Shown: positions 16,989 through 25,295 of the stretch, piece by piece | Position numbering within the stretch: position 1 is the stretch's first letter | Layout of the letters: the number at the start of each line of letters is the position of its first letter | From: a virus | Lineage: Duplodnaviria; Caudoviricetes | IMG/VR virus record: IMGVR_UViG_3300033076_001405 | Location: 1-28,499 of that record | Reading direction: 5' to 3' (one strand) | DNA: 28,499 nucleotides | Notes under the pieces: generated by a model | The model's database searches: none | Seen by the model: the letters and a program-made list of their open reading frames with translations, nothing else | Told to the model about the DNA's origin: nothing | Position numbers and translations under genes: made by a program

Positions 16989-19900
16989 TTATCCGTTAGT
17001 ATAATATATTGTATCAGGATTAAATCTTATAGTATAATAAGATCCATTAATAGCAATTACTTGTCCTACTCCTTTTACTAATGAAGCTGATGTTGTAGGA
17101 GCAACACCTGTAACGTTACCTGTTGTTTCAGATACATAAACTGGATCTCCTGCTATTGATACGTTATTAACATATGTTGTACTATATATACCATCAATTA
17201 ATACTGAAATTGCTGAAGATCCTGCTCCTGCTGTTTTTAGTACTATTCCTAATAAATAATCAGTAGTTGCTCCTGAATTAGCATCTGCTAATGCCCATGT
17301 TCCTGTACCGGCTTTATAATATACTAATTGACCTGCACTCATAGCTGAATCAGATAATTGACCTGAAATTATTGTTCCTTGAACAAATAAAGATGCTTGG
17401 TTTGGACTAGTAAGTATTGAAGTTGTTCCTGGGTAAAATTTAGCTGTTAATGCAAGACCTGGTCCACTAGTATCACCTGTTATAAGAGAGTCATAAACTG
17501 GATCCCAGTATACTAAATCACTAGAGAAACTTACTTCTCCATTTACGTCTAATAATCTACCAGGACTTGCAGTGTTAATACCTAATCTACTATTAGTAAC
17601 ATCAGCATATAAGAATGATACACTTTGTACTGTTGTTGTACTTGTAGTTCTTACTAAGTAGTTAGGTTGGTTAGTAAATACACCACCACTAATACCGGAT
17701 GTACCGTTAATTGATTGACCACTTGTACCTGCTACACCACTTGTACCATTTGTTCCATTTATTCCTGAGGTACCACTAGCACCACTTGCACCACTATTAC
17801 CGTTGTTACCATTTGAACCATTAGATCCATTAGTTCCTGATACTCCTGATAATCCTCCGGCTCCATTAGCACCATTATTACCATTAGATCCATTTGAACC
17901 ATTGGTTCCTGAAATTCCTGAGTTTCCAGAGGCACCATTGTTTCCAGCATTACCTGAAGAACCATTTGAACCTGTAGTACCACTTACTCCTGATACTCCT
18001 GAGTTACCTGCGTTTCCATTGTTACCATTAGATCCTGAGGAACCATTTGTACCAGATACTCCTGACAATCCTGAGTTTCCGTTATTTCCTGCATTTCCAT
18101 TAGATCCGTTTGAACCTGAAGTTCCTGATACTCCACTTACTCCTGAGTTACCTGAGTTACCATTGTTTCCTGAGTTACCTGAAGAACCGTTTGAACCTGT
18201 AGTTCCTGATACTCCACTTACTCCTGAGTTTCCTGCATTTCCATTGTTACCATTAGATCCTGAGGAACCATTTGTACCAGATACTGCACTTATACCATTT
18301 CCACCAACAATACCACTTGATCCTGCTGAACCTGATGAACCTGAGGTTCCACTTACAGCAGAAGCTCCTGAGTTACCAGCGTTTCCGTTGTTTCCATTAG
18401 AACCATTTGAACCATTAGTTCCTGATATTCCTGAGTTACCTGAGTTACCATTGTTTCCAGCATTTCCTGAAGTACCATTTGAACCTGAGGTACCATTAGT
18501 ACCGCTTACTCCTGATACTCCTGAAGCTCCGTTGTTACCATTGTTTCCGTTTGAACCATTTGAACCATTGGTTCCTGAAATTCCTGAGTTACCAGAATTA
18601 CCATTAGCTCCTGAGTTTCCTGAAGTACCGTTTGAACCTGAAGTTCCGTTAGTACCGCTTACACCGCTATTTCCTGAAGCTCCATTGTTTCCTGAGTTTC
18701 CTGAAGTACCGTTTGAACCTGAGGTACCATTAGTACCGCTTACTCCTGATACTCCTGAGTTTCCTGAGTTACCTGAATTTCCTGAAGTACCGTTTGAACC
18801 AGTTGTACCTGAAGTACCACTTACTCCTGAATTTCCAGAAGCACCAGCATTACCATTAGATCCATTTGAACCATTAGTTCCACTTAAACCTGATACACCA
18901 CCGGCTCCATTAGCACCATTAGCACCATTAGATCCATTTGAACCATTAGTTCCACTTATTCCTGATACACCTGAGTTTCCGTTGTTTCCTGCGTTTCCGT
19001 TTGATCCATTAGATCCAGATGTTCCTGATACTCCACTTACTCCTGAGTTTCCTGAGTTACCAGCGTTACCTGAAGTACCATTTGAACCTGAAGTTCCGTT
19101 TGTTCCTGATACAGCACTTGCACCTGAATTTCCTGCAGCTCCTGAAGTACCATTAGATCCTGATGAACCTGAAGTAGCACTTATTGTACTAACTCCTGCT
19201 ACAGCAGCACCTCCTGAAGTACCGTTAGATCCTGTTGAACCTGAAGTTCCTGAAACTCCTGAGTTACCTGAGTTACCATTAGCACCATTGTTTCCTGAAG
19301 TACCATTAGAACCAGTAGTACCATTAGTACCACTTACTCCTGATACACCTGAGTTTCCAGCGTTTCCTGAAGTACCATTAGATCCTGTTGAACCTGAAGT
19401 TCCACTTACAGCACTAACACCATTAGTACCTGCATTACCTGAAATACCATTTGAACCTGAAGATCCAGATGTTCCTGAGAGTGCACTTACACCTGAAGTA
19501 CCAGCTACACCATTTATACCATTTGAACCATTAGATCCTGATGAACCTGAAGTAGCACTTATTGTACTAATACCGGCTGTTGCTGCTACACCTGATGAAC
19601 CGTTAGTTCCAGTTGAACCTGAAGTTCCAGAAGTTGCGCTTAAACCTGAGTTTCCAGCATTTCCTGAGGTACCATTTGAACCTGTTGAACCACTAGTTCC
19701 ACTTACAGCTGATGCTCCATTATTTCCAGCATTTCCATTTGAACCTGAAGATCCTGAAGTACCTGAAGTTGCACTTAATCCTGAGTTTCCTGCGTTTCCA
19801 TTTGAACCATTTGAACCTGATGTACCACTTGTTCCACTTAATGCGCTAGCACCATTATTTCCAGCTACACCTGAAGAACCTGTAGTTCCTGATGAACCAC

Positions 19901-22900
19901 TAGATCCACTTACAGCTGATGCTGTACTTTGACCTGAAGTTGCTGCTGCTCCTGAAGTACCTGATGAACCTGTTGATCCACTAGTACCAGATGTTGCACT
20001 TAATCCTGAGTTTCCTGCGTTTCCATTGTTACCATTAGATCCACTTGAACCTGTTGTACCGGAAGTAGCACTTAAACCACTGTTTCCTGCTATACCTGCA
20101 GCACCATTTGAACCATTTGAACCTGAAGTACCTGAAGTACCACTTATATTTGAAGTTCCACTGTTTCCAGCGTTACCATTTGTACCATTTGAACCTGATG
20201 AACCTGAGGTTCCACTTAATGCACTTGCTCCTGAATTCCCAGCATTACCTGATGAACCTGAAGTACCTGATGAACCTGAAGATCCTGAAGTTCTACTTAA
20301 TCCAGAATTACTTGTATCACCTGAAGAACCATTAGTACCAGTTGAACCACTTGTACCTGAAGTACCACTTATATTTGAAGTACCATTAGCACCTGCATTA
20401 CCATTTGAACCATTTGAACCTGATGTGCCACTTGTTCCACTTAATGCACTTGCCCCACTATTTCCAGCAGCACCTGACGAACCGTTAGTTCCTGATGAAC
20501 CTGAAGTTCCACTTGTAGCACTTAATCCTGAATTTCCGGCTACACCTGCATTACCAGATGAGCCATTTGTACCAGTTGATCCTGAAGTTCCTGATGTTGC
20601 ACTTAATCCTGAGTTTCCAGCTACTCCAGCATTTCCACTTGAACCGTTTGAACCTGAAGTACCTGAAGTACCGCTTATGTTTGAAGTTCCACTTGCACCT
20701 GCAGCTCCATTTGAACCTGATGAACCTGTAGAACCTGATGTTCCGCTTATGTTTGAGGTACCACTATTTCCAGCAGCACCTGAAGAACCATTTGTTCCCG
20801 TTGAACCTGAAGTTCCACTTGTAGCACTTAATCCTGAATTTCCAGCAGCACCTGCAGATCCGTTTGAACCTGAAGAACCACTAGTGCCTGAAAGTGCACT
20901 TGCTCCATTATTTCCAGCTACACCATTAGTTCCTGATGAACCAGTTGTACCTGAAGTACCACTTAAACCACTATTTCCAGCAGCACCTGATGAACCATTT
21001 GAACCTGAAGAACCACTAGTACCTGAAAGTGCACTTGCTCCATTATTTCCAGCATTACCTGAGGAACCATTAGAACCTGATGTTCCACTTGTTCCACTTA
21101 TATTTGAAGTACCACTGTTTCCAGCAGCACCGTTTGAACCATTAGATCCTGTTGAACCTGAAGTTCCACTTGTAGAGCTTAAACCACTATTTCCAGCAGC
21201 ACCTGTTGATCCTGAAGTTCCTGATGAACCTGAAGTACCTGATGTACTTGATAAAGCACTTAATCCATTAGAACCAGCATTTCCTGAGGTACCATTTGAA
21301 CCTGAGGTTCCGCTTGTTCCACTTATATTTGAAGTTCCATTATTTCCGGCAGCACCTGATGAACCGTTTGAACCTGAAGATCCTGAAGTACCTGATAAGG
21401 CACTTAAACCTGAGTTTCCGACTACACCATTTGAACCGTTTGAACCTGAAGATCCAGTTGTACCTGAAGTAGCACTTAAACCACTATTTCCTGCTACACC
21501 AGCATTTCCTGAGGAACCGTTTGAACCAGATGTACCTGAAGTACCACTTATATTTGAAGTACCGCTGTTACCAGCAGCACCATTTGAACCGTTTGAACCT
21601 GAAGATCCTGAAGTACCTGATAAGGCACTTAAACCATTGTTACCAGCATTTCCAGATGAACCATTAGTTCCTGAAGAACCAGATGAACCTGATGCTTGGC
21701 TTAAACCATTTGTTCCTATATTTCCTGAAGTTCCTGCTGAACCACTTGAACCTGATGTTCCACTTAAATTACTTGAACCATTACTTCCTGCTACTCCTGT
21801 AGTTCCTGCTGATCCACTTGAACCTGAAGTCCCGGCTACTTGGCTAGTACCATTTGTACCAGCAGCTCCTGATGATCCGTTTGAACCTGAAGATCCGGAT
21901 GAACCACTTAATCCGTTTACACCGTTAAATCCATTTAATCCTGATGAACCACTAGTACCTGAAGTAGCACTTAAACCACTTGAACCAGCAGCACCTGATG
22001 AACCATTTGTTCCTGTTGATCCTGAAGTTCCAGAAAGTGCACTTAAACCATTTGTTCCTGCTGCTCCACTAGAACCATTAGATCCAGTTGAACCTGAAGT
22101 GCCAGATAAAGCACTTACACCATTAGTACCAGCAGCACCACTTGAACCGTTTGAACCTGAAGTACCACTTGTAGCGCTTAAACCACTATTTCCAGCATTA
22201 CCTGTTGATCCATTTGAACCTGAAGATCCAGATGTTCCTGAAAGTGCACTTACACCTGAAGTACCAGCAGCACCGCTTGAACCATTTGAACCTGTAGAAC
22301 CTGAAGTACCTGAAAGAGCACTAGCTCCACTATTTCCGGCTGCACCATTTGAACCATTAGTTCCTGTTGAACCTGAAGTTCCTGAAGTAGCACTTAATCC
22401 TGAATTTCCAGCGTTACCTGCAGCACCATTACTACCGTTTGAACCTGAAGTACCTGATGTACCGCTTATGTTTGAAGTACCGCTGTTTCCAGCAGCACCA
22501 TTTGAACCGTTTGAACCTGAGGTACCTGAAGTACCTGAAAGAGCACTAGCTCCACTATTTCCAGCATTACCTGAGGAACCATTTGAACCAGATGAACCTG
22601 AAGTTCCAGATAATGTACTTAAACCATTTGTTCCTGCTGCTCCACTAGAACCATTTGAACCTGTTGAACCTGAAGTTCCACTCAATGCGCTTAATCCTGA
22701 ATTACCAGCTGCTCCTGAAGAACCATTTGAACCCGTAGAACCTGAAGTACCAGATAAAGCACTTACACCATTAGTACCAGCAGCACCACTTGAACCGTTT
22801 GAACCTGAAGTTCCACTTGTTCCACTTAAGGCACTTATACCATTTGTTCCTGCTGCTCCACTAGAACCATTTGAACCGGTTGAACCTGAAGTTCCACTTA

Positions 22901-25259
22901 CAGCAGAAGCTCCTGAATTACCAGCATTACCACTTGAACCATTTGTTCCAGTTGAACCTGAAGTTCCACTTGTAGCACTTAATCCTGAATTACCAGCGGC
23001 ACCATTTGAACCATTTGAACCTGAGGTTCCACTTGTTCCACTTAATGCGCTAGCACCATTATTTCCAGCGGCGCCTGAAGTACCATTTGAACCTGAAGAA
23101 CCAGATGTTCCTGAGAGTGCACTAGCACCATTACTTCCAACAGCACCTGAAGTACCATTAGAACCTGTAGAACCACTAGTTCCACTTATATTTGAAGTAC
23201 CGCTGTTACCTGCGTTTCCTGAGGAACCGTTTGAACCAGTTGTACCTGAAGTACCTGATAAGGCACTTATACCATTAGTACCAGCAACTCCTGAAGATCC
23301 ATTTGAACCTGAAGTACCTGATGTACCTGAAAGATTACTTATTCCGTTAGTTCCAGCTATACCACTTGAACCATTTGAACCAGATGTACCTGAAGTACCA
23401 CTTATATCTGAAGAGCCACTGTTTCCAGCAACACCATTTGTACCATTTGAACCTGAAGTACCAGATGTACCTGATAAAGCACTAACACCAGCATTACCAT
23501 CAACACCTGAAGAGCCATTGGATCCACTTGAACCTGATGAACCTGAAGTTGAACTTAAACCAGCAGTACCTGCATTTCCTGAAGTACCATTAGATCCACT
23601 TGAACCTGAAGTTCCACTTAATGCACTTAAACCATTAGTACCTGCATTTCCAGATGAACCATTAGATCCTGAAGAACCACTTGTGCCTGATAATGCACTT
23701 AAACCGTTTGTCCCGGCTGCTCCACTAGAACCATTTGAACCTGTTGAACCTGATGTTCCACTCAATGCGCTAGCACCACTATTTCCAGCATTACCTGAGG
23801 AACCATTAGTTCCTGAAGAACCTGATGAACCAGAAGTTGCACCTAAACCAGAAGTTCCAGCATTACCTGAAGCTCCATTTGAACCAGATGAACCTGAAGT
23901 TCCGGAAGTAGCACTAATACCTGAAGTACCTGCGTTTCCTGATGTACCATTAGATCCAGTTGTACCGGAAGTACCTGAAGTTGCACTAGCACCGCTATTT
24001 CCTGCTACTCCTGAAGAACCATTAGTTCCTGTTGAACCTGAAGTACCGCTTATATTTGAAGTACCGCTACTTCCTGCAGCACCACTTGAACCATTTGAAC
24101 CTGTTGAACCTGAAGTACCTGAAAGTGCACTAGCACCTGAATTACCATTATTACCACTTGAACCATTAGTTCCTGATGAACCTGAGGATCCAGATGTAGC
24201 ACTAGCACCACTATTTCCAGCTGCTCCTGAGGAACCGTTTGAACCAGTTGTACCTGAAGTACCTGATAAAGCACTTAAACCACTACTTCCAATAGCTCCT
24301 GATGAACCATTAGTTCCTGATGAACCTGAAGTACCACTTAATGTACTTACACCATTTGTTCCGGCAGCTCCTGATGAACCTGCTGAACCTGTTGATCCTG
24401 AGGTACCAGATATTGCACTTGCTCCATTGTTCCCAGCATTTCCACTAGAACCATTAGAACCAGTTGAACCGGACGTACCTGATACTGCTGAAATACCTGA
24501 ATTTCCAGCATTACCTGATGATCCATTAGTTCCAGTTGAACCACTTGTACCAGATGTTGCACTAAGTCCACTGTTTCCAGCATTTCCACTAGAACCATTA
24601 GTTCCAGTAGTACCTGAAGTACCACTTGTTTTTGAGTCTCCACTAGTACCTGCATTACCTGATGATCCATTAGTTCCAGTTGAACCTGATGTTCCTGAAG
24701 TAGAACTTAAACCACTGTTTCCAGCAACACCATTTGAACCATTAGTACCTGTTGTACCTGAAGTTCCGCTTGATGCACTTGCTCCTGAATTTCCATTATT
24801 ACCTGAAGAACCAGCTGTACCTGAAGAACCAGCTGTACCTGAGGTACCTGCTACTCCGGCAGTACCATTAGTACCAGAAACACCACTTGTACCTGAGGTT
24901 GAATTTACATATCCAACAACTCCTGTTGTTGGGTTATAAGTTACAACATAAGGACCTGATTGAACAGGTAAAGTTTGTAAAATAATTGGTTGAGAAGATC
25001 CTGAAATTACTAAAGAACCAGTAATTACTGCGGATCCTGAAAAAGGGAAACCAACTCCTTGAACAAAGATAGTTACACCATCATTTGTTCCCATAGGAGC
25101 AAAACCGGAAACGGTTGCTGAACCGCTAATATTAATGTAAGGTACACTAGCACTTACTAATGTACCATTTTGATAAATATCAATTGTACCACCACCATTT
25201 GTGGGATCTATATTATATACGCCTACCGGAACCTGGTCTAGGAATCTTACTTGAGCCAT
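16989..25259 (-). CDS. Giant Gly-X-X repeat virion fibre protein (2756 aa), collagen-like or polyglycine-II-like
   Basis: About 120-aa N-terminal domain (FPFSGSAVITGSLVISGS), about 2400 aa of G-X-X repeats, fibre-type RLGINTASPGRLLDVNG segment and a globular C-terminal domain. Located in the structural module with the late motif upstream. Confidence 0.85.
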   Translation of the reverse strand: MAQVRFLDQVPVGVYNIDPTNGGGTIDIYQNGTLVSASVPYINISGSATVSGFAPMGTNDGVTIFVQGVGFPFSGSAVITGSLVISGSSQPIILQTLPVQSGPYVVTYNPTTGVVGYVNSTSGTSGVSGTNGTAGVAGTSGTAGSSGTAGSSGNNGNSGASASSGTSGTTGTNGSNGVAGNSGLSSTSGTSGSTGTNGSSGNAGTSGDSKTSGTSGTTGTNGSSGNAGNSGLSATSGTSGSTGTNGSSGNAGNSGISAVSGTSGSTGSNGSSGNAGNNGASAISGTSGSTGSAGSSGAAGTNGVSTLSGTSGSSGTNGSSGAIGSSGLSALSGTSGTTGSNGSSGAAGNSGASATSGSSGSSGTNGSSGNNGNSGASALSGTSGSTGSNGSSGAAGSSGTSNISGTSGSTGTNGSSGVAGNSGASATSGTSGTTGSNGTSGNAGTSGISATSGTSGSSGSNGASGNAGTSGLGATSGSSGSSGTNGSSGNAGNSGASALSGTSGSTGSNGSSGAAGTNGLSALSGTSGSSGSNGSSGNAGTNGLSALSGTSGSSGSNGTSGNAGTAGLSSTSGSSGSSGSNGSSGVDGNAGVSALSGTSGTSGSNGTNGVAGNSGSSDISGTSGTSGSNGSSGIAGTNGISNLSGTSGTSGSNGSSGVAGTNGISALSGTSGTTGSNGSSGNAGNSGTSNISGTSGSTGSNGTSGAVGSNGASALSGTSGSSGSNGTSGAAGNNGASALSGTSGTSGSNGSNGAAGNSGLSATSGTSGSTGTNGSSGNAGNSGASAVSGTSGSTGSNGSSGAAGTNGISALSGTSGTSGSNGSSGAAGTNGVSALSGTSGSTGSNGSSGAAGNSGLSALSGTSGSTGSNGSSGAAGTNGLSTLSGTSGSSGSNGSSGNAGNSGASALSGTSGTSGSNGSNGAAGNSGTSNISGTSGTSGSNGSNGAAGNAGNSGLSATSGTSGSTGTNGSNGAAGNSGASALSGTSGSTGSNGSSGAAGTSGVSALSGTSGSSGSNGSTGNAGNSGLSATSGTSGSNGSSGAAGTNGVSALSGTSGSTGSNGSSGAAGTNGLSALSGTSGSTGTNGSSGAAGSSGLSATSGTSGSSGLNGFNGVNGLSGSSGSSGSNGSSGAAGTNGTSQVAGTSGSSGSAGTTGVAGSNGSSNLSGTSGSSGSAGTSGNIGTNGLSQASGSSGSSGTNGSSGNAGNNGLSALSGTSGSSGSNGSNGAAGNSGTSNISGTSGTSGSNGSSGNAGVAGNSGLSATSGTTGSSGSNGSNGVVGNSGLSALSGTSGSSGSNGSSGAAGNNGTSNISGTSGTSGSNGTSGNAGSNGLSALSSTSGTSGSSGTSGSTGAAGNSGLSSTSGTSGSTGSNGSNGAAGNSGTSNISGTSGTSGSNGSSGNAGNNGASALSGTSGSSGSNGSSGAAGNSGLSGTSGTTGSSGTNGVAGNNGASALSGTSGSSGSNGSAGAAGNSGLSATSGTSGSTGTNGSSGAAGNSGTSNISGTSGSTGSSGSNGAAGASGTSNISGTSGTSGSNGSSGNAGVAGNSGLSATSGTSGSTGTNGSSGNAGVAGNSGLSATSGTSGSSGTNGSSGAAGNSGASALSGTSGTSGSNGSNGNAGANGTSNISGTSGTSGSTGTNGSSGDTSNSGLSRTSGSSGSSGTSGSSGNAGNSGASALSGTSGSSGSNGTNGNAGNSGTSNISGTSGTSGSNGSNGAAGIAGNSGLSATSGTTGSSGSNGNNGNAGNSGLSATSGTSGSTGSSGTSGAAATSGQSTASAVSGSSGSSGTTGSSGVAGNNGASALSGTSGTSGSNGSNGNAGNSGLSATSGTSGSSGSNGNAGNNGASAVSGTSGSTGSNGTSGNAGNSGLSATSGTSGSTGTNGSSGVAATAGISTISATSGSSGSNGSNGINGVAGTSGVSALSGTSGSSGSNGISGNAGTNGVSAVSGTSGSTGSNGTSGNAGNSGVSGVSGTNGTTGSNGTSGNNGANGNSGNSGVSGTSGSTGSNGTSGGAAVAGVSTISATSGSSGSNGTSGAAGNSGASAVSGTNGTSGSNGTSGNAGNSGNSGVSGVSGTSGSNGSNGNAGNNGNSGVSGISGTNGSNGSNGANGANGAGGVSGLSGTNGSNGSNGNAGASGNSGVSGTSGTTGSNGTSGNSGNSGNSGVSGVSGTNGTSGSNGTSGNSGNNGASGNSGVSGTNGTSGSNGTSGNSGANGNSGNSGISGTNGSNGSNGNNGNNGASGVSGVSGTNGTSGSNGTSGNAGNNGNSGNSGISGTNGSNGSNGNNGNAGNSGASAVSGTSGSSGSAGSSGIVGGNGISAVSGTNGSSGSNGNNGNAGNSGVSGVSGTTGSNGSSGNSGNNGNSGNSGVSGVSGTSGSNGSNGNAGNNGNSGLSGVSGTNGSSGSNGNNGNAGNSGVSGVSGTTGSNGSSGNAGNNGASGNSGISGTNGSNGSNGNNGANGAGGLSGVSGTNGSNGSNGNNGNSGASGASGTSGINGTNGTSGVAGTSGQSINGTSGISGGVFTNQPNYLVRTTSTTTVQSVSFLYADVTNSRLGINTASPGRLLDVNGEVSFSSDLVYWDPVYDSLITGDTSGPGLALTAKFYPGTTSILTSPNQASLFVQGTIISGQLSDSAMSAGQLVYYKAGTGTWALADANSGATTDYLLGIVLKTAGAGSSAISVLIDGIYSTTYVNNVSIAGDPVYVSETTGNVTGVAPTTSASLVKGVGQVIAINGSYYTIRFNPDTIYYTNG
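17685..24900 (-). repeat. Degenerate coding tandem repeat: 9-nt G-X-X triplets grouped into about 72-nt (24-aa) units
   Basis: Consensus GTS GST GSN GSS GAA GNS GLS ALS with 21- and 27-residue variants; synonymous codons vary between units. Confidence 0.95.
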
Positions 25260-25277
25260 TCTTTAGTGTTTATCTCG

Positions 25278-25286
25278 TATAAATAT
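25278..25286 (-). promoter_or_regulatory. Putative late promoter motif ATATTTATA
   Basis: Exact 9-mer 18 nt upstream of the fibre ATG. Confidence 0.65.
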
Positions 25287-25295
25287 GATAAAGGA

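Noticed and set aside
16989-17700. Diversity-generating retroelement target in the fibre C-terminus
   Set aside because: No reverse transcriptase and no template/variable repeat pair with adenine-specific differences is visible in the window.
17803-19932. 709-aa Pro-rich plus-strand ORF
   Set aside because: Same shadow effect. It terminates exactly at the rare Gln (GGT CAA gives TGA at 19930-19932).
24050-24670. Alternative-frame minus-strand ORFs in the fibre and gp15-like genes (17759-17983, 24050-24274, 24347-24670, 26021-26206)
   Set aside because: Out-of-frame by-products nested inside longer, well-supported genes.
17685-24900. Possible CRISPR array or non-coding satellite
   Set aside because: The repeats are in-frame, vary at synonymous positions and have no constant repeat/unique spacer structure.
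20026-24939. 1637-aa Pro/Glu-rich plus-strand ORF
   Set aside because: Antisense shadow of the fibre. CCN comes from Gly codons, and a stop in this frame needs a Tyr/His/Gln codon on the sense strand, which the repeat almost lacks.
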